From assembly GCA_964016885.1 (NCBI GenBank), contig OZ024749.1, forward strand, positions 33,790,001 through 33,854,000: a stretch of 64,000 nucleotides of DNA. Direction: 5' to 3'. The notes under the pieces are model-generated. The model worked only from the letters and a program-made list of their open reading frames with translations. It was not told the origin of the DNA and did not search any database. Positions within the stretch are counted from its first letter, which is position 1; each line of letters opens with the position of its first letter. This stretch comes from Eledone cirrhosa (lineage: Eukaryota). The position numbers were made by a program, and so were the translations under genes. Shown here piece by piece: positions 43,413-57,875 of the stretch.

Positions 43413-43461
43413 GATTCAGAAGATCCCGTTAAGGGTGAAAGCACCGATTCTTTGCTTAAAC
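43413..43461 (+). ncRNA. Degenerate hammerhead, family H10
   Basis: CAGAAGA (core mismatch)-TCCC GTTAA GGGT-GAAA-GCA..TGC-TT-AAAC; copies near 20564-20611, 54225-54266 and 55500-55535 (-). Confidence 0.5.
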
Positions 43462-43473
43462 TTTAATTTGTTA

Positions 43474-43570
<97 letters not shown>

Positions 43571-43589
43571 ACGTATGTATATATATGTA

Positions 43590-43963
43590 TGTCAGGTTAC
43601 CAGTTGGTGCTACTGGTAACATGTATCCCAGTACAACCTGTCCCATGGTCGGGTCGTTGGCGACTAAACTGGCAACCCCACCAAGGTTTCTTGGTGAGGA
43701 GCGTGACTTTGGACATCCTGCAGGACTAAAAACAAAATTTGTCAAAGGGCAAAGGAGCTCTTAAGAGTCAATGGCCATCCAAAATCACCGCGAGAGATGA
43801 CCCCTTAGCCTTTGTCTAGGCAGAATTCTAGGAGAAGGAAAACTCTGATATAACACCTGCAACTCTGATGGTATCCAATGATGTTGACTTGTTCTTCTTT
43901 TTGGTAAATATCATCTTGGTTAAGAGAGTGGGACTGGCTTTGTGCAGTGCCTTTGTTCACTAT
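43590..43963 (+). mobile_element. Non-autonomous RTE-derived element, 3' part missing
   Basis: Matches the 5' part of 57876-58484. Confidence 0.85.
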
Positions 43964-44128
43964 GAATACGACTGATGAATACGACTGGTTATAAACAAAG
44001 TATTGGAGATCGATTGACGCAAAATCAAGCGGGTAGCGAACTCTAGACCTACCAGATCAAAGAAACAATTGTCAGCAATGTGAATAAAGCCCTTATTGTA
44101 TAGCGAACCATGTCACTCTTCTTTCTTG

Positions 44129-44173
<45 letters not shown>

Positions 44174-44431
44174 TATACATAAGATAGATAGATAGGTATA
44201 GATATAGATATAGATATATAGATGTGTATATATATATATATATAAATATATATATATATGGGGTGGGGGTACGTGCATGTGTGTGTGTGTCTTTACTATT
44301 CCACTTTCATTCATTAAATGTTTCCGATATTCATATTAAAATTTCTCTGGCGAAATCATCAGACAGTAAAAGGAAAAAAATCTGATGTTTGTCTATTCAG
44401 ATTGATTATAAAAGAAAAATAAATATCTATC

Positions 44432-44483
<52 letters not shown>

Positions 44484-45238
44484 CACACATATATATATAT
44501 ATATATTGTAAATATATATATATATATATATATACATTTGATTTATATGTATGTACACATATGATTATATATATATATATACATACATACATACATACAT
44601 ACATACATACATACATACATACATACACACACTCACACACAAACCTGTAGCCAAGAAATTGAAAACTTTCTTCTGCTCTTAAATCGTTTATACGCCTGGT
44701 TGCAAATATGCAGATACAGCTCTGAACATTATTTTTTGAAACTCCTGATCGAATTTTCATACTTCAACACATATTTGATTATAGCTGTTTAGTATATCAA
44801 GAATCCATTTTTTTTTTTTTTAAATAAAATAAAATGTATGTTAATTAGTGATAAAAAAAAAATGTTTAAGAAAGTTGTTGGTATTTTGTTCTTTTTACGA
44901 GGTTTTTTACAAAAAACCTCGTAAAAAGAACAAAAGGGAGGTGTGAGTTAGGTATACTTTTGTTTTTTTCTTGTTTGCTCATTCTTAGACATTCTACCAC
45001 AAAATATGTAAAAAGAAGAATCTTCTTTTCCTAGAGATTAGTATTGTTGTCTTGTTCTCTGGCAAATTTTCTTCATTCATCTTTGTTTGGAAAAGCGTTT
45101 AGTATAGAATCGAAATGAGAATATAGGAAAATAACGGATTTAAATGGCATGTGGTTGTGAATATATCAGAATATCAGAATATAGAAGAGTGTTATTTGAA
45201 TACTTGGCATGCGGAATGACTCTGGTGAACAAATATGC

Positions 45239-45313
<75 letters not shown>

Positions 45314-45540
45314 TAATATTTGATGAACATTTACATGTTTTAGTTGCAATTGACTAATAAAATCGTTAGAATGAAATATCTTAATTCAAATACATATAGT
45401 TTGCCTGTACGATCTAAAAAATAATAAATCAATACTCACAAACCCATATGGGCAAAAGGCCCTAATTTATTCTGCTCAGAAGCGATTCTTAGAGCTGAAA
45501 TAATTGTAAATGACCCCATTGAGTGTAAACTCTAAGTTAC

Positions 45541-45613
<73 letters not shown>

Positions 45614-46607
45614 GCATATAGATATATTTGAAAAGGGAAGTAAGGTTCTATACAAAACAGTGGTTATAGAGAGAAGGTGAAATTGGAAATAGAACTGAAA
45701 ATATATTTAAGGGTTAGTTTTTGTTTTTGTTTTTTGTTCTTTTTTTCCTTTCTTTGATTCGTCAAAGTGGCATTATTAAAAAAATGATAGGACAATTGAT
45801 AATGTACAAAGTATATATAATGTATATAAAGTATATATAATGTACATTAAGTATATATAATGTGTATATATATATATATATGTGTGTGTATGTGTGTTTG
45901 TGTGTGTGAGTCCCGGGTTCAACTGGGGGTAACTACAGCCTAGTAAGGTACTCAATTAATTAATAGAGTGTATACAACAAATTTAATATAGAAATGACTT
46001 TCATTCGAAGGAAATCATCAGGAAATGTTACTGATGATTTCCTTGGAATAGTTAAGGCAGCAATATCATAGATGATCATAGGTCTATTCGATCACGTTTG
46101 ACCTGTGACTAAAGAACAATGAAGACTTGCTAATCGAATGCCTATAGTCAAAGTACATTGAACTACTTAAAAAAAAGGGGGAAAAAAGAAAAAATTCAAT
46201 AAGATAAAATGACTGATAAATAGCGAATCACTATCTAACGGTATTAAGTACCAAACAACTATTGGTAATCCCGATGGCAAAAATGGTAAAATTGTCATGT
46301 TTTTAATCAAAGATAGTGTTGTCTAATGCAAGAGCAAACATCACGATACAAGCGTATTAAACGTGGAAAGTTGTTATCAATATGAGTTAGAATTAAGTAG
46401 CAGAAGATAAAGGGGGGGGTACATAATGGGGGCATTGTCGTAGATGAAGTTCGTGATAAAACTGTTGAACAAATCAATATGTTTAGAGAAAGGGAAGGAA
46501 AACGAAAATAGCTTATATAAATTGGAAACCAGACGGAACTGATCTATATACACAATTACACCAAATACACACAATTATATATATATAGACATATATATAT
46601 ATTTATA

Positions 46608-46657
<50 letters not shown>

Positions 46658-47911
46658 TATATATATATATAGACATATATATATAGACATATATATATAT
46701 ATTTAGCCATATATATATATATATGTATGTATGTATATATATATGCAAGTAAGTATGCATGCGTGTAATTTTAAGTGTGTGCAAAAGTGTGTGCAAGTGT
46801 TTTAGTGTCTGAATGCGTGTTTTTCTTTGTATTCCTATTGGATTGATACATTTCCAATTTGTTTTCATAGAATTCTTTTTAATGTATTTCGTTTTATGTC
46901 AACGGACATATAAACGAGAGATCGTTGTTTAGATTTTCAAATCCTCTCTTCGCGTTTATTTTGTTTTCATATTAGTATTCCGTGTTTATATGAAATCTAT
47001 CCATTATTGCTGAAATCCTCCAAGCAACAAGAGGGTTTGCGAGTGTTGTTTATATGTAAAGAATCGTGTTCAATTCTTGGTCTCTGAACTCCTTATGAAG
47101 TCGAAGCGGCACCATCATGAAACACGATGGTTGTTTTTTTTGTTGTTGTTATTTTTACATTTAAATGGCCAAGTTCATTTATCTTCATTTAGGGATGGCT
47201 ACTTTTGACAGAACTCGCTGGAAAGACTGTTTGAAGGCTGACCCACACGACACTCTCGGGAATATGTGGGTGAAGAAGAAGAAGAAGAAGAATATAGAGG
47301 GCAAATTTAACATCGGTTACAGTTGAAGTCAGAGAGCAGAAAACCAGAACGAATACTAAAAAGTATTCTAGTCAACGGTCTAATGATTCCGACAATTCTG
47401 ATAGATCTGGCAGAATATTCCACAAGAACCCTTAGTGTTGCCGCTTCTTAGTTTTTGTGGGTTAGGGGGGGGGGGGGGGATTCCAAAACAAAAGTGAATT
47501 GACGGACAAACGGTTTTGTTAATTTAAGAATAACCTTATGAAGAAAATACATTAATTCTATAAGAATAACTCTGATGCAATGCTTAGATTAATCGGATAC
47601 CGTCATGAAACTTTGAGTTCCAATGAAAACAAATGTTTAGTTGCCATGTATATTTAGTAATATATAATACCACTAGGTTTACATATCGCGGCGCTCATTC
47701 TTTCTTTCTTTCGTAATTACAATTCACACTCAGACATACATATAATTATATATATATATAAATATATACAATATATATAGAGGGGAAAGACACAGAAGAG
47801 TGTTTTTCATTACAGGAATGTCAAAGCACCAGCGTGAAGATAATATAAGCTGCTAGAGGCATTGGTAAAACATTAAAATTAAAAGTATAAATTGAAATGA
47901 GAAATTTTATA

Positions 47912-48075
<164 letters not shown>

Positions 48076-48083
48076 CGTGTGTT

Positions 48084-48292
48084 GAGGCGCGTGGCTCAGT
48101 TATTAAAGAATTTGATTCACAATTGTGAGGTTGCGAGTTCGATTCTCGGATGATGTGTTATGTCTTTGAGCAAGACACTTTATTTCACATTGCTCATTCT
48201 ACCTGGAGTTGCGACCGATAGATAGTATTAGCAATTGGAAACACCAATGGAAACATTGTTTCCTCGGTCCGATTTGACGAAAGTCGATCGAC
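48084..48292 (+). mobile_element. SINE family B, alternative-tail subfamily
   Basis: B-box GAGTTCGATTCT; TGTCTTTGAGCAAGACACTT CORE-like box; tail shared with 51264-51484 and 53412-53595. Confidence 0.8.
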
Positions 48293-48497
48293 TGTCGATA
48301 TATATATATATATATTAGTAAAAGGAAAAGAAAATGCTGACAAATTATTCCCAGTGAAAAATAGTTTAATTAGGAATAAGTGTAAATTAGTAATAAGTAT
48401 TGGTTAGTATTCAGTTTTAGGTTTAAATTTTTACCGGTTGCGCATTTCTAATGCTTTTCAAAAATAATTTTGAGATAGAGCGCCCGTGATGTTTGCT

Positions 48498-48640
<143 letters not shown>

Positions 48641-49859
48641 CACAAAATTCGGGCAGAACAAATATTTAACAGAATAGGTTTCGAGATAGCATATTTGGCA
48701 ATTTTCAGCGGGAAGAATACATTTAAAAATTGATAACTCTTTGGTTATCATATCTATAATTATGAAAGACACTGACTATAATTTTCAAATCATTCGGAAA
48801 ATTATGAAGAATTTGGACCTATTAAATAAAATAACTAATTTTCTAATTATTTAAATTGGTAATTTGAACAAAATCTGACAATGTTTCTGATATAAAAATT
48901 ATGATGGAATATTTATGGATAATTATAAGCTCTTTAAAATAAATAACTTAGAATGGTAGAAGCATGGTCGCTTTCAAGCCTTTATTACCGAAAGAATTAG
49001 GACATTAATCACCTACCCAGACCTGCCAAATTCTAAAAACCCAAACGAAGAGTATATTGAAAAAAGTGCCACAAAAGGGGAAGAAATGAGGCAAAATGGG
49101 GAGATTTTGCATAATGAAAGCTATACCCATTTTCACAAGAGAAGACATCTGTCACCCCCCACCCCACCCCTAACTAGGTGAAAAATCTCCCCGTCGGACA
49201 GGGAGAGTTGACAGGTCGGCCTACCGTTTTTCTAATTTCTTTTGCAGCGTATTGTACTTTCTGTAACATGTTATTCCCTACTGAGATTTTTCTGTTCGTT
49301 TCTTCATTTAGTCATCTCGTCTGCCTATCTTTACATTTATGTCTTGTAAGCCAATAGCTGTACATCAAATATTCTTATACTACCGCTTAAAGCACCAGAA
49401 TAAATTTTCAATTTAAATTTGAAACAAGGAAAATATGAAAACAATTTACGACAAAGATATACGGCGCCGAATATTTTCTTAATTAGAAACACCTAGAACA
49501 ATTACAAGACATTATTAAATTTATAAATATAATGACTAACGACCGCTGGAAATAACTTAAAAACACTCTCTATACAATTTATTCAACATTGAAACATATT
49601 TAATTCCAAGTATACAACTCAGTTACACCGCCTGAATATAAATAATGTGTTATACATGTGTATGAGTGTCGTCTAAGTATGAATTTGTTTGTGTGTATAT
49701 ATGTGTGTTATTTTCCTTCTCGTATTATAAAAAGCTCACAATATGTGCCTCTTATTTTCCTTCCCGGGTTATAAAAAGCCTACAAACCTAACATTCAGCC
49801 GTCTACGATTATAGTTATCGTTTTACGTTCGTTTATCCATATTTGTCCTCGTTGTATGA

Positions 49860-50057
49860 GGCCCAGAGTTTCTCCTGGTTTTTTGGGGACAGATAAGCTG
49901 AGAGGACAGCCGCCAGTGATACATATTTTCGGCTGAGTGGACTGGAGCAAAATAAAATGACGTGCCTTGCTCAAAGACACAACGCGTCGTCCTGTCAAGG
50001 AGTCGAACACTCGCCTTTATGATCGAGAGACTAACACCCTAACTACTAAGCCATGCA
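49860..50057 (-). mobile_element. SINE family B, diverged
   Basis: Reverse-complement B-box and TTGAGCAAGGCAC box. Confidence 0.65.
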
Positions 50058-51263
50058 GCTTTATTCAGCTGGCTATAAGTAATGAAAATACCAGTCAGTT
50101 TAAACATCCAAGTCTAGAGGTTTACAGTATCTTTGATACTTTACAGTAATAGCTATGTCATAGTCATGTTTATAAGCTGGAGACAAACTGATTTCATTGA
50201 TAAGTTGCCAGTAGATATTACTGCTACAACGTCCTTGCTATTGAATGCACAACACACAATTCCACTGACCATAACAAGTCAACTGGCATTGAATTGTTGG
50301 TGGTAGAAAGATTAGTTAAGATAACCACACATTCTCCACCTCATTAACGGTTTTGTTTGTTGTCCAGCCTGATTTAAGGATAGTTACGATTTCGTTACGA
50401 TAAGAAGTAACTGACTTTATTGTGTGTGTGTGGGGGGGGGGGGGGCAGAAAGTAAACGGAAAGAACAAAGCAAACACAGTACAATGAAGAAATATTTCAG
50501 ATTAACGCTAGTAGGAAATGAGTATTTACGTTTCTGACACTAGTCCTTCATCAAAAGATAAAATGAGAAATAAAAGAAGTAGAAGGATAAGGCGTGAGAA
50601 GAGGAAGGAACGGGGGAAATGTTATGCGAAAAAGCACGTGTGTGTTCAGAGAGAGTGATAGAGAGAGAGAGAGAGGGGGAGGGAGAGAGAGAGGCGGAGC
50701 ATTGATAGATGTATCTCTGTGTGTGGTTGAGTGTTTGTTTGTGTTTGGCGAGCAATATGTGTTTTCTCGAATGTGATTTCAATACCTAGCTAAAAGCCTA
50801 CTTAAGTATGCATATAAACATGAAGAAACAATGTAGAAATGTATATATATATATATAATTCAAGAGACCGAAAGACAAAATTATGGAAAAGATTTACAAG
50901 GGTATGAATAAATATATTAGTATTATAAGACAACATATAAAATATAGCTGCCAATAAATGTTGAGGTTTTCAACTCAAATTTTATTAGATTATTATTTCG
51001 CTAGCATCGAAATGATCGTGATTCGGATTCCTGTCAGAATTTTTATTATCAAATATAAAGCTGAGTTTATGTTTCTGCTAACACAACTTTCAGGTGGAAA
51101 TATTTAAGTGCGACACTAGACCACATCACAGAAAATCTATGAATGTCACAATATCCTGTTTAAATTGATAGCCACATACACCATCATCTCAGCTTTCATG
51201 ACAGCACGACTTCCAATCGAACTAGGGACATAAACCCATGCCAGACATCTCACTCTACCATAT

Positions 51264-51484
51264 ATAGGAACGATCGAATTTCGTCAAATCGGACCAAGGA
51301 AACAATGTTTCCATTGGTCTTTCTACTTGCTAATACTATCTATCGGTCGCAACTCCAGGTAGAAGGAGCAACGTGAAAATAAAGTGTCCTGCTCAAGGAC
51401 ATAACGCATCGCCCGGTCTTGGAATCGAACTCACAACCTCACGATTGCGAATCCAATTCTCTAACCACTCAGCCACAAGCCTTC
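51264..51484 (-). mobile_element. SINE family B (alternative tail) with 13-bp TSD
   Basis: CACTCTACCATAT at 51251-51263 and 51485-51497. Confidence 0.85.
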
Positions 51485-51894
51485 CACTCTACCATATCTG
51501 TTCGTATTTCTCATAAGTTTTCAGTCCGGTTACGTTTTTAAGTATGTGAATAAATACAGAAGTTTGTTGCCAACAGTTGACCCGCCCATCCATTGGCTAC
51601 CATAGATTCAAATTGGAATTTATTTCTTCAGGTTGTCTCAAATAGTGTACTGACAATCGTAATCTTCGTTGAATTATCTTTTCAGTTAACTTTTGCAGAC
51701 CATCATAAAATTTTGTATTTGTATCGTAGCTCTTCCAATTGTTGACCGTTAGGTAATGTAAACCAGCAGACATCAAATTCCGGTGACTATGTATAGGTAA
51801 TATCGTCAGAGACTACATTTATTTCTAAATTAGGCACAAGGCATGCATAGTGGATTAAAAGCACCTTGATGGCACTTGCACTCGCCTGCCTCAA

Positions 51895-52222
51895 CGCATT
51901 CAGAACATAAGTTGGCGACATCTGACTTTGAGAGAAATATATGCCGGCCTCCCACGCATATCTGTTGTTGTGCGTAAAAGGAGAGTAAGATTTGCTGGCC
52001 ACTGCTATCGTGCCACCTGTGAAGTTTTGTCACCATTAGTGCTTTGGAAACCACAGGCAGTCACTAATAACAGGTGGCGCAAGCCCTCCTATCCCGATGT
52101 CATTTTCAGAGATTCTGGTATTGAAATCTAGGACTTGGCAACGTCAATGAACGACAGACCCACGTGGAGATCAATTGTTGAGTCCATTTCGGCTGAGGCT
52201 GCCGGATAATGATGATGAGGAT
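51895..52222 (+). mobile_element. RTE-like LINE 3' fragment
   Basis: IYAGLPRIS...RKRRVRFAGHCYR....LVLWKP....YPDVI.RDSG....M.DR..W; (TGA)n tail. Confidence 0.8.
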
Positions 52223-52244
52223 GGATTAAATGAATCCATGACTT

Positions 52245-52751
52245 GACATGTATTTTATTTTATCGACACCGGAAGGATTGACCTTGCAAAATTGACCTTG
52301 GCGAGATTTGAACACAGAACGTAAAGAATAAATACCGCAATGATGTTTTATCAGACGTCCATCCAATGCTGTTAATTCACCTCCCACGAGATTTGGGGAG
52401 CGAAAGTCGACCCTAGTACGTGATTGGTAATTTGTTTTATCGACCCCGTAAGGAGGAAAGGTAAAGCTAACGTCGGCGGGATTTGAACTCAGAAAGGCAC
52501 GTAACTCTATGCCACGAAGCATATTGTCCGACGATCTACCGATACTACAAATCCACCGCCCTACATGAGATTCAATAATTGTTTCTATTTTTTGGCACAT
52601 GGCCAGCAATTATCCCAGTGCATTACTGGTACTTTTTTTTATCGACCCCATAAGAATGAAAGGCAAAATTAACCTCGGCGGTATTTGAACTCAGACCGGA
52701 AACTCTATGCTCCAAAGCATGGTGTCCGACCCTCTACCGATACTGACAATC
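52245..52751 (-). mobile_element. Cluster of three SINE family A copies
   Basis: ~52245-52380, 52385-52560 and 52580-52751; the last has 16-bp TSD CATGAGATTCAATAAT. Confidence 0.8.
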
Positions 52752-53325
52752 CATGAGATTCAATAATAAAACTTAAAACTGCAAGCTTAGCGACATCTTG
52801 TCACAAGTACCTGCATGAGCTAAATACTTTAACCGCTAAGCCACGGAACCTATAGTTAAATCTAGTTAGAAAAACATGAAAGTAATAAAGTAAGTCATAA
52901 AGAAACTTCAAGTGAAAAGAAGGCAATGTAACATCTACATAATGAGAAGAAACTGAAATAACTACAAATAAAATGTATCTAACTATTTTGTATTAAATTT
53001 ATTAATGTTTTGACATAGTATGACTTATCGAATATCTATGTTATATATCTATGTTGGACTTATGAATTATTTATAGTCTTTAGCAATAGTTAAATACACA
53101 ACCTAATAACAAGAGTAATAAGATATATTTCTATTTAATGTGGAAATATATCAACATCTTTTGTTGTTTTTGCTATTACTATTAATTTTTCACATCTTAA
53201 CATCTCAGTTATCCTCATGCGAATAGTTGATAATATGGTAACAGAAACCGAGACAGACAAACAGATACCGAATAAAGGAATATTGTAGGAATTGCAGAAT
53301 TTTAAATTGGCTAGTAGTAGTAGTA

Positions 53326-53411
<86 letters not shown>

Positions 53412-53414
<3 letters not shown>

Positions 53415-53595
53415 CAATCGTAAGGTTGTGAGTTCGATTCCTGGACCAGGCGATGCGTTATGTCCTTGAGCAAGACACTTTATTTCACGTTGCTCCTTCT
53501 ACCTGGAGTTGCGACCGATAGATAGTATTAGCAATTGGAAAGACCAACGGAAACATTGTTCCCTCGGTCCGATTTGACGAAAGTCGATCGTTCCT
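53412..53595 (+). mobile_element. SINE family B (alternative tail)
   Basis: GAGTTCGATTCC; TGTCCTTGAGCAAGACACTT. Confidence 0.8.
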
Positions 53596-53934
53596 TATAT
53601 ATATATATATGTATGTATGTATAGTTCAAAATGACAAACAAACAAACGCAAGAGCCAATATATATATATGAGAATAAACGTGCTGCGTGGTTGCTAATGG
53701 GTTACATATGAATAAAGTTAGTCCTTCATCAGTGATCTTCCAACCATCATTGGTATTTCATCGCTTTAAAGACCATATACCTCCGGTTGGTGCGAGCAAC
53801 GGCTAAAAAAAGTCGTTGGGACACGTAAATAAAGGGGACACGAGTCTAATATGTGTGTATATATATATTAGGTAATTCCGAAGGAAAAGCAAAGGAAAAA
53901 AGAGTTCTCTATGTATAGAACAGAGCTATTTAAA

Positions 53935-54092
53935 TAGAAAATGAACAACACAAAATATAACCACTCCATTACCAGAGGTTTCTGGATCCCAGACAGATTG
54001 TCTGACGACCGGTCCAGACGTATATTATTATTGTCTGGGATCCAGAAACCTTTGGTAACCGAGTAGTTATATTTTGTATTGTTCTTTTTCTA
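53935..54092. mobile_element. Fold-back module with hammerhead-like core
   Basis: Inverted arms; CTGACGA (54002)-CCAGAC/GTCTGG stem-GAAA (54045)-CC TTT GG-TA. Confidence 0.55.
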
Positions 54093-55306
54093 ATTATATA
54101 TATATATATATAAGAAAAGAGTCAGGGCCCCGACGGCTGAGCTCCAGCCATTTCAACAGCTAGATCCGAACAGTACTCTGGTATCTTCCCACATTCTCTT
54201 TGTTATATATATATCTAGATATATAAGATCCCGTTAAGGCTGAAAGCAGCGATTCTTTGCTTAAACCTTAATCTGTTATTTTAATAAATATATATATATA
54301 TACGTATGCACACTTTCACATACGTAGTCTGCTCTTATGATCGCCAACAGCGTGAAACAGACTCTGTTAGCTTCTCTCCCTTCTTTTGCCGAAAAAAGAA
54401 GTAAGTGACATAGTCACTACTTTAAAATTGATAGCGCAAGGTCTTCAAAATGTTTTTAATTAAACATACGGTATATTGCCAAATATACTATACATACATC
54501 CATATATATATGTAGGAGATGAGTTTTATTGTTGCACAATAAAGCAATGCAAATATCGGATAAGTAGCACTCTACAGTTTATACTGGGGTATAAATAATA
54601 TAAGATCAAAAGATGGTTAAAAGAGTTCCATTAGTAAATTTTTGTAAACATATATACCTTTTGACGTTAGATATTTTTTCTTCCTTAAATTCTCTTTTTT
54701 CTTCTCTCCTTCCATGCTCGTTTTAAACCTATTATTTACTTTTACATATTACAATACATAAAAACAAACTTAAACCCTAACTAATTCCTTTAAGTTCATA
54801 ATTCATTTATTCTTCTCCTTCTTTCACATTATATCCTTAATATCATTAATATTTTTATTTTAATAATACATATTAATACATTTTTTTCGCACATATTATT
54901 AAACTCTTCAATATATAAACCTAAATTAATACTATTCTTAATTCCTTTTTCTTCAATCATAAACATCAACATCCATAAACCTCATTAACTTTTAATTTCA
55001 AAATCTTTTAAAATTATCTATTATTTCCGAACGGTTTTTTTAATTTCTCTGTGAGACAATGTGTTTCTCTCAGTTGTAAAGGCTATTTCTCTCTATCACT
55101 CATTTCTCCTCCTCTCTCATCCTTCCTTCTTATACTCCTCACCCAACATCCTTTATTTTCTTTCTTCCTCTTCCTTACCCCCCCCCCCCCCCACACACAC
55201 TCATTTTTTTCCCAATCTCATATATCCATCTTACTTTTATTTTTCATATGTTGATTTAAAACTTCACTGCTCACAAGTGTTTTTTAAGCTTCATATCATG
55301 TCTCCC

Positions 55307-55377
55307 TATTTTATCTGATGAGAACGCAGATATCATCCCATGATGATATTTGTTTTTGAAATGCGCATAATAAAATA
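55307..55377 (+). ncRNA. Hammerhead ribozyme, family H1
   Basis: Near-identical to 199-269. Confidence 0.8.
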
Positions 55378-55407
55378 CTTGGAACTCTTTTAACCATCTT
55401 TTGATCT

Positions 55408-55490
<83 letters not shown>

Positions 55491-55684
55491 TAGCAGATTA
55501 AAGTTTAAGCAAAGAATCGTTGCTTTCAGCCTGACCTTCTGAAAATGTATTTTAATAAATATTTGCTCTAGATATTTGATATATATTATCCTTATCGAGC
55601 CCTCTTCGGACTTTAGTCTTCATATTTATTATTATTACTATATATATATATCTTTTTTTGACACACACACTCTCTCTATCTCTA

Positions 55685-55800
<116 letters not shown>

Positions 55801-55854
55801 CGTGCGTGTGTGTGTGTCTGTGTGTATGTATATATATATTGACACACAGATACA

Positions 55855-55886
<32 letters not shown>

Positions 55887-56795
55887 GACATAGAACATGG
55901 AAAAACAGAAATAAGAGTAGACTATTATTGAAGTTCAAAATATTGATTACTTTAGCTTAACAAACTGGGTGGCTTATTCTCTAATAGTTCGTAAGTCAAG
56001 AAATACTTAGATGTAAGCAGACCTTTCAGTGCCCATATGAGATTTTATATGAAGTATATGATATGCGCTATAGATATACGATATTGGAATGGTTTCTGAA
56101 TAGGTAGAGGTGAAGGGCACTTTTATCATTCTTAATACTTCAATTACTTGAAATGCTAACACGGCATTCTAGGAAAAAAAGAAAATGTAGTAGATGTAAT
56201 TTTTCCCTTTTTGAAACTTTCTAAGACTAAATTGCATACAAAAAGAGTGGATCAAAAATTCGAGAAAAAATAATCCGAATGGTGGGTGAATTTGATATTT
56301 TGAAAATGTGGTAATCCCAAACGCTGTAACAGTAACAGCAGCCGATCGTTAATAAAAATAGTTTAGAAAAATTTGGGAAAATACACCTTGTGATGGTGAA
56401 AAATGGCCACCAACAGATCTCCCTGAGCTATATATATATATATATATGGAAAGATTCAAACCCCGACGGCTGAGCTCCGGCCGTTTCGACATCTACATAC
56501 GAACTAAAGCTTTAATTAGTATCTAGCTGTCGAAACAGCTGGAGCTCAGCCGTCGGGGTCCTGAATCTTTTTAGTTCAGATCTAGCTGTCGAAACGGCCG
56601 AGGCTCAGTTGTCAGGGTCCTGAATCTTTTCATATTACCCACATTACTACCCCAAGTATCGAGTACTCCGGTGCCTTATGGTCCACCTGGTTTTTTACCA
56701 CACCCTATCTGATATATATATCTATCCAGCGAATTTCAACCGTTGAGGCTGTCTTTTTTCCGGGTATGTCAATATTTATTTATAAAACAAATCTG

Positions 56796-56861
56796 TATTT
56801 TATCTGATGAAAGCACACCATAATTTACCTTGGTCGCCCTTGAAATATATATAATAAAATA
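56796..56861 (+). ncRNA. Hammerhead ribozyme, family H5 variant
   Basis: TATTTTAT-CTGATGA-AAGC..ACCA/TGGT..CTT-GAAA-TATATA-TA-ATAAAATA. Confidence 0.7.
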
Positions 56862-57121
56862 ATTATGGTTTTATAAATATAGTTTCCATTTATTAATATA
56901 TTGTGTATATATATATATATATAGTGCAGCGAAAAATTAGAAGGTTATATCCAAAGTTCGTAAAGCACTCAGTCCAAAGGACGGGTTGGGTATAGAGTTA
57001 ATTCTACAACAATTACAAAACCATTCTTAAGAATACGAATCTCGCCTACAGAGGATTCTCAACTCGAGTATGGTTATTATGTGAGTACTCTCTGAAGAAC
57101 ATTCCCAGGTCCTGTAGCCGA

Positions 57122-57720
57122 GTTTATTTAGGTTGTCACCTACGAAAGGTGAGCAAGCGTAGATAGAGAAAAGAAAGTAATATAGAGACAGAGACGAGCA
57201 TTTACGCAGATCAAGACCTCCAAACCGTTTGGCGAGGCTGCGTGGTCGCGGGACTCTGAAGAGGGCCTGACATTGATCAAGCCCTCGAGTTCACTGAAGG
57301 TTAAGACGTCAAAGTGTTGGAGAGACGACAAGAATCTGTAAGAGGGACTTACTTTGAAGAAATACAACTTAGGAATCAACAAGTAATTCTTAAGCATAAA
57401 AAAACTTTCATACGGTTGAATAGCCTCGAGGTTTTTTAAAATTTGCTCGGTTAGCCAATGTAGATCGGAGAATGTACTCGAAGGCTTGGTCAGTTATTTG
57501 GGGTTCTAAAACCGCATTACGCCGATCTTGGGGGAACTGCGATAGAGGGAAAGGGCTCTGTAATCAGGTTTACAGTCTGCTGATGTGAAACTGGGTGGTT
57601 CGGGGTCAAGAGCTCGGATTTGAAATTCTTGACGTGAAGGCCCCTACGACCCAGTTCCGTAATCATCGTCTTCGCGGTTGCAAGGAGCTTATCTGGAGGA
57701 CCCCTGAAAGCAGCATCATC
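57122..57720 (-). pseudogene. Degenerate CRE-clade retrotransposon RT fragment
   Basis: Frameshifted translation DDAAFRGP..GL.V..KSEL / MLKNYLLIPKL..SP..LQHFD..L.GLINV..HAASP / RFGGLDLR..L...FL.S matches the RT palm-thumb pattern of CRE elements. Confidence 0.65.
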
Positions 57721-57875
57721 CTTACAGGGTCGATAAAATAAAGTACCAGTAACGCACTGGGGGCGATTTAATCGACTTTCCCCTCCACAAAATTGTTGGC
57801 CATGTGACTAAATCAGAAACCATTATTTCATTGGTAAGCATACACATATACATATACATATACATACATACATAC

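Noticed and set aside
53700-53740. Hammerhead at minus-strand CTGATGAAGGACTAAC
   Set aside because: No closing helix II or GAAA found at a suitable distance. Similar weak cases at 7570-7610, 18490-18540, 38735-38780, 42295-42360 and 44340-44365 were left unannotated as decayed or uncertain.
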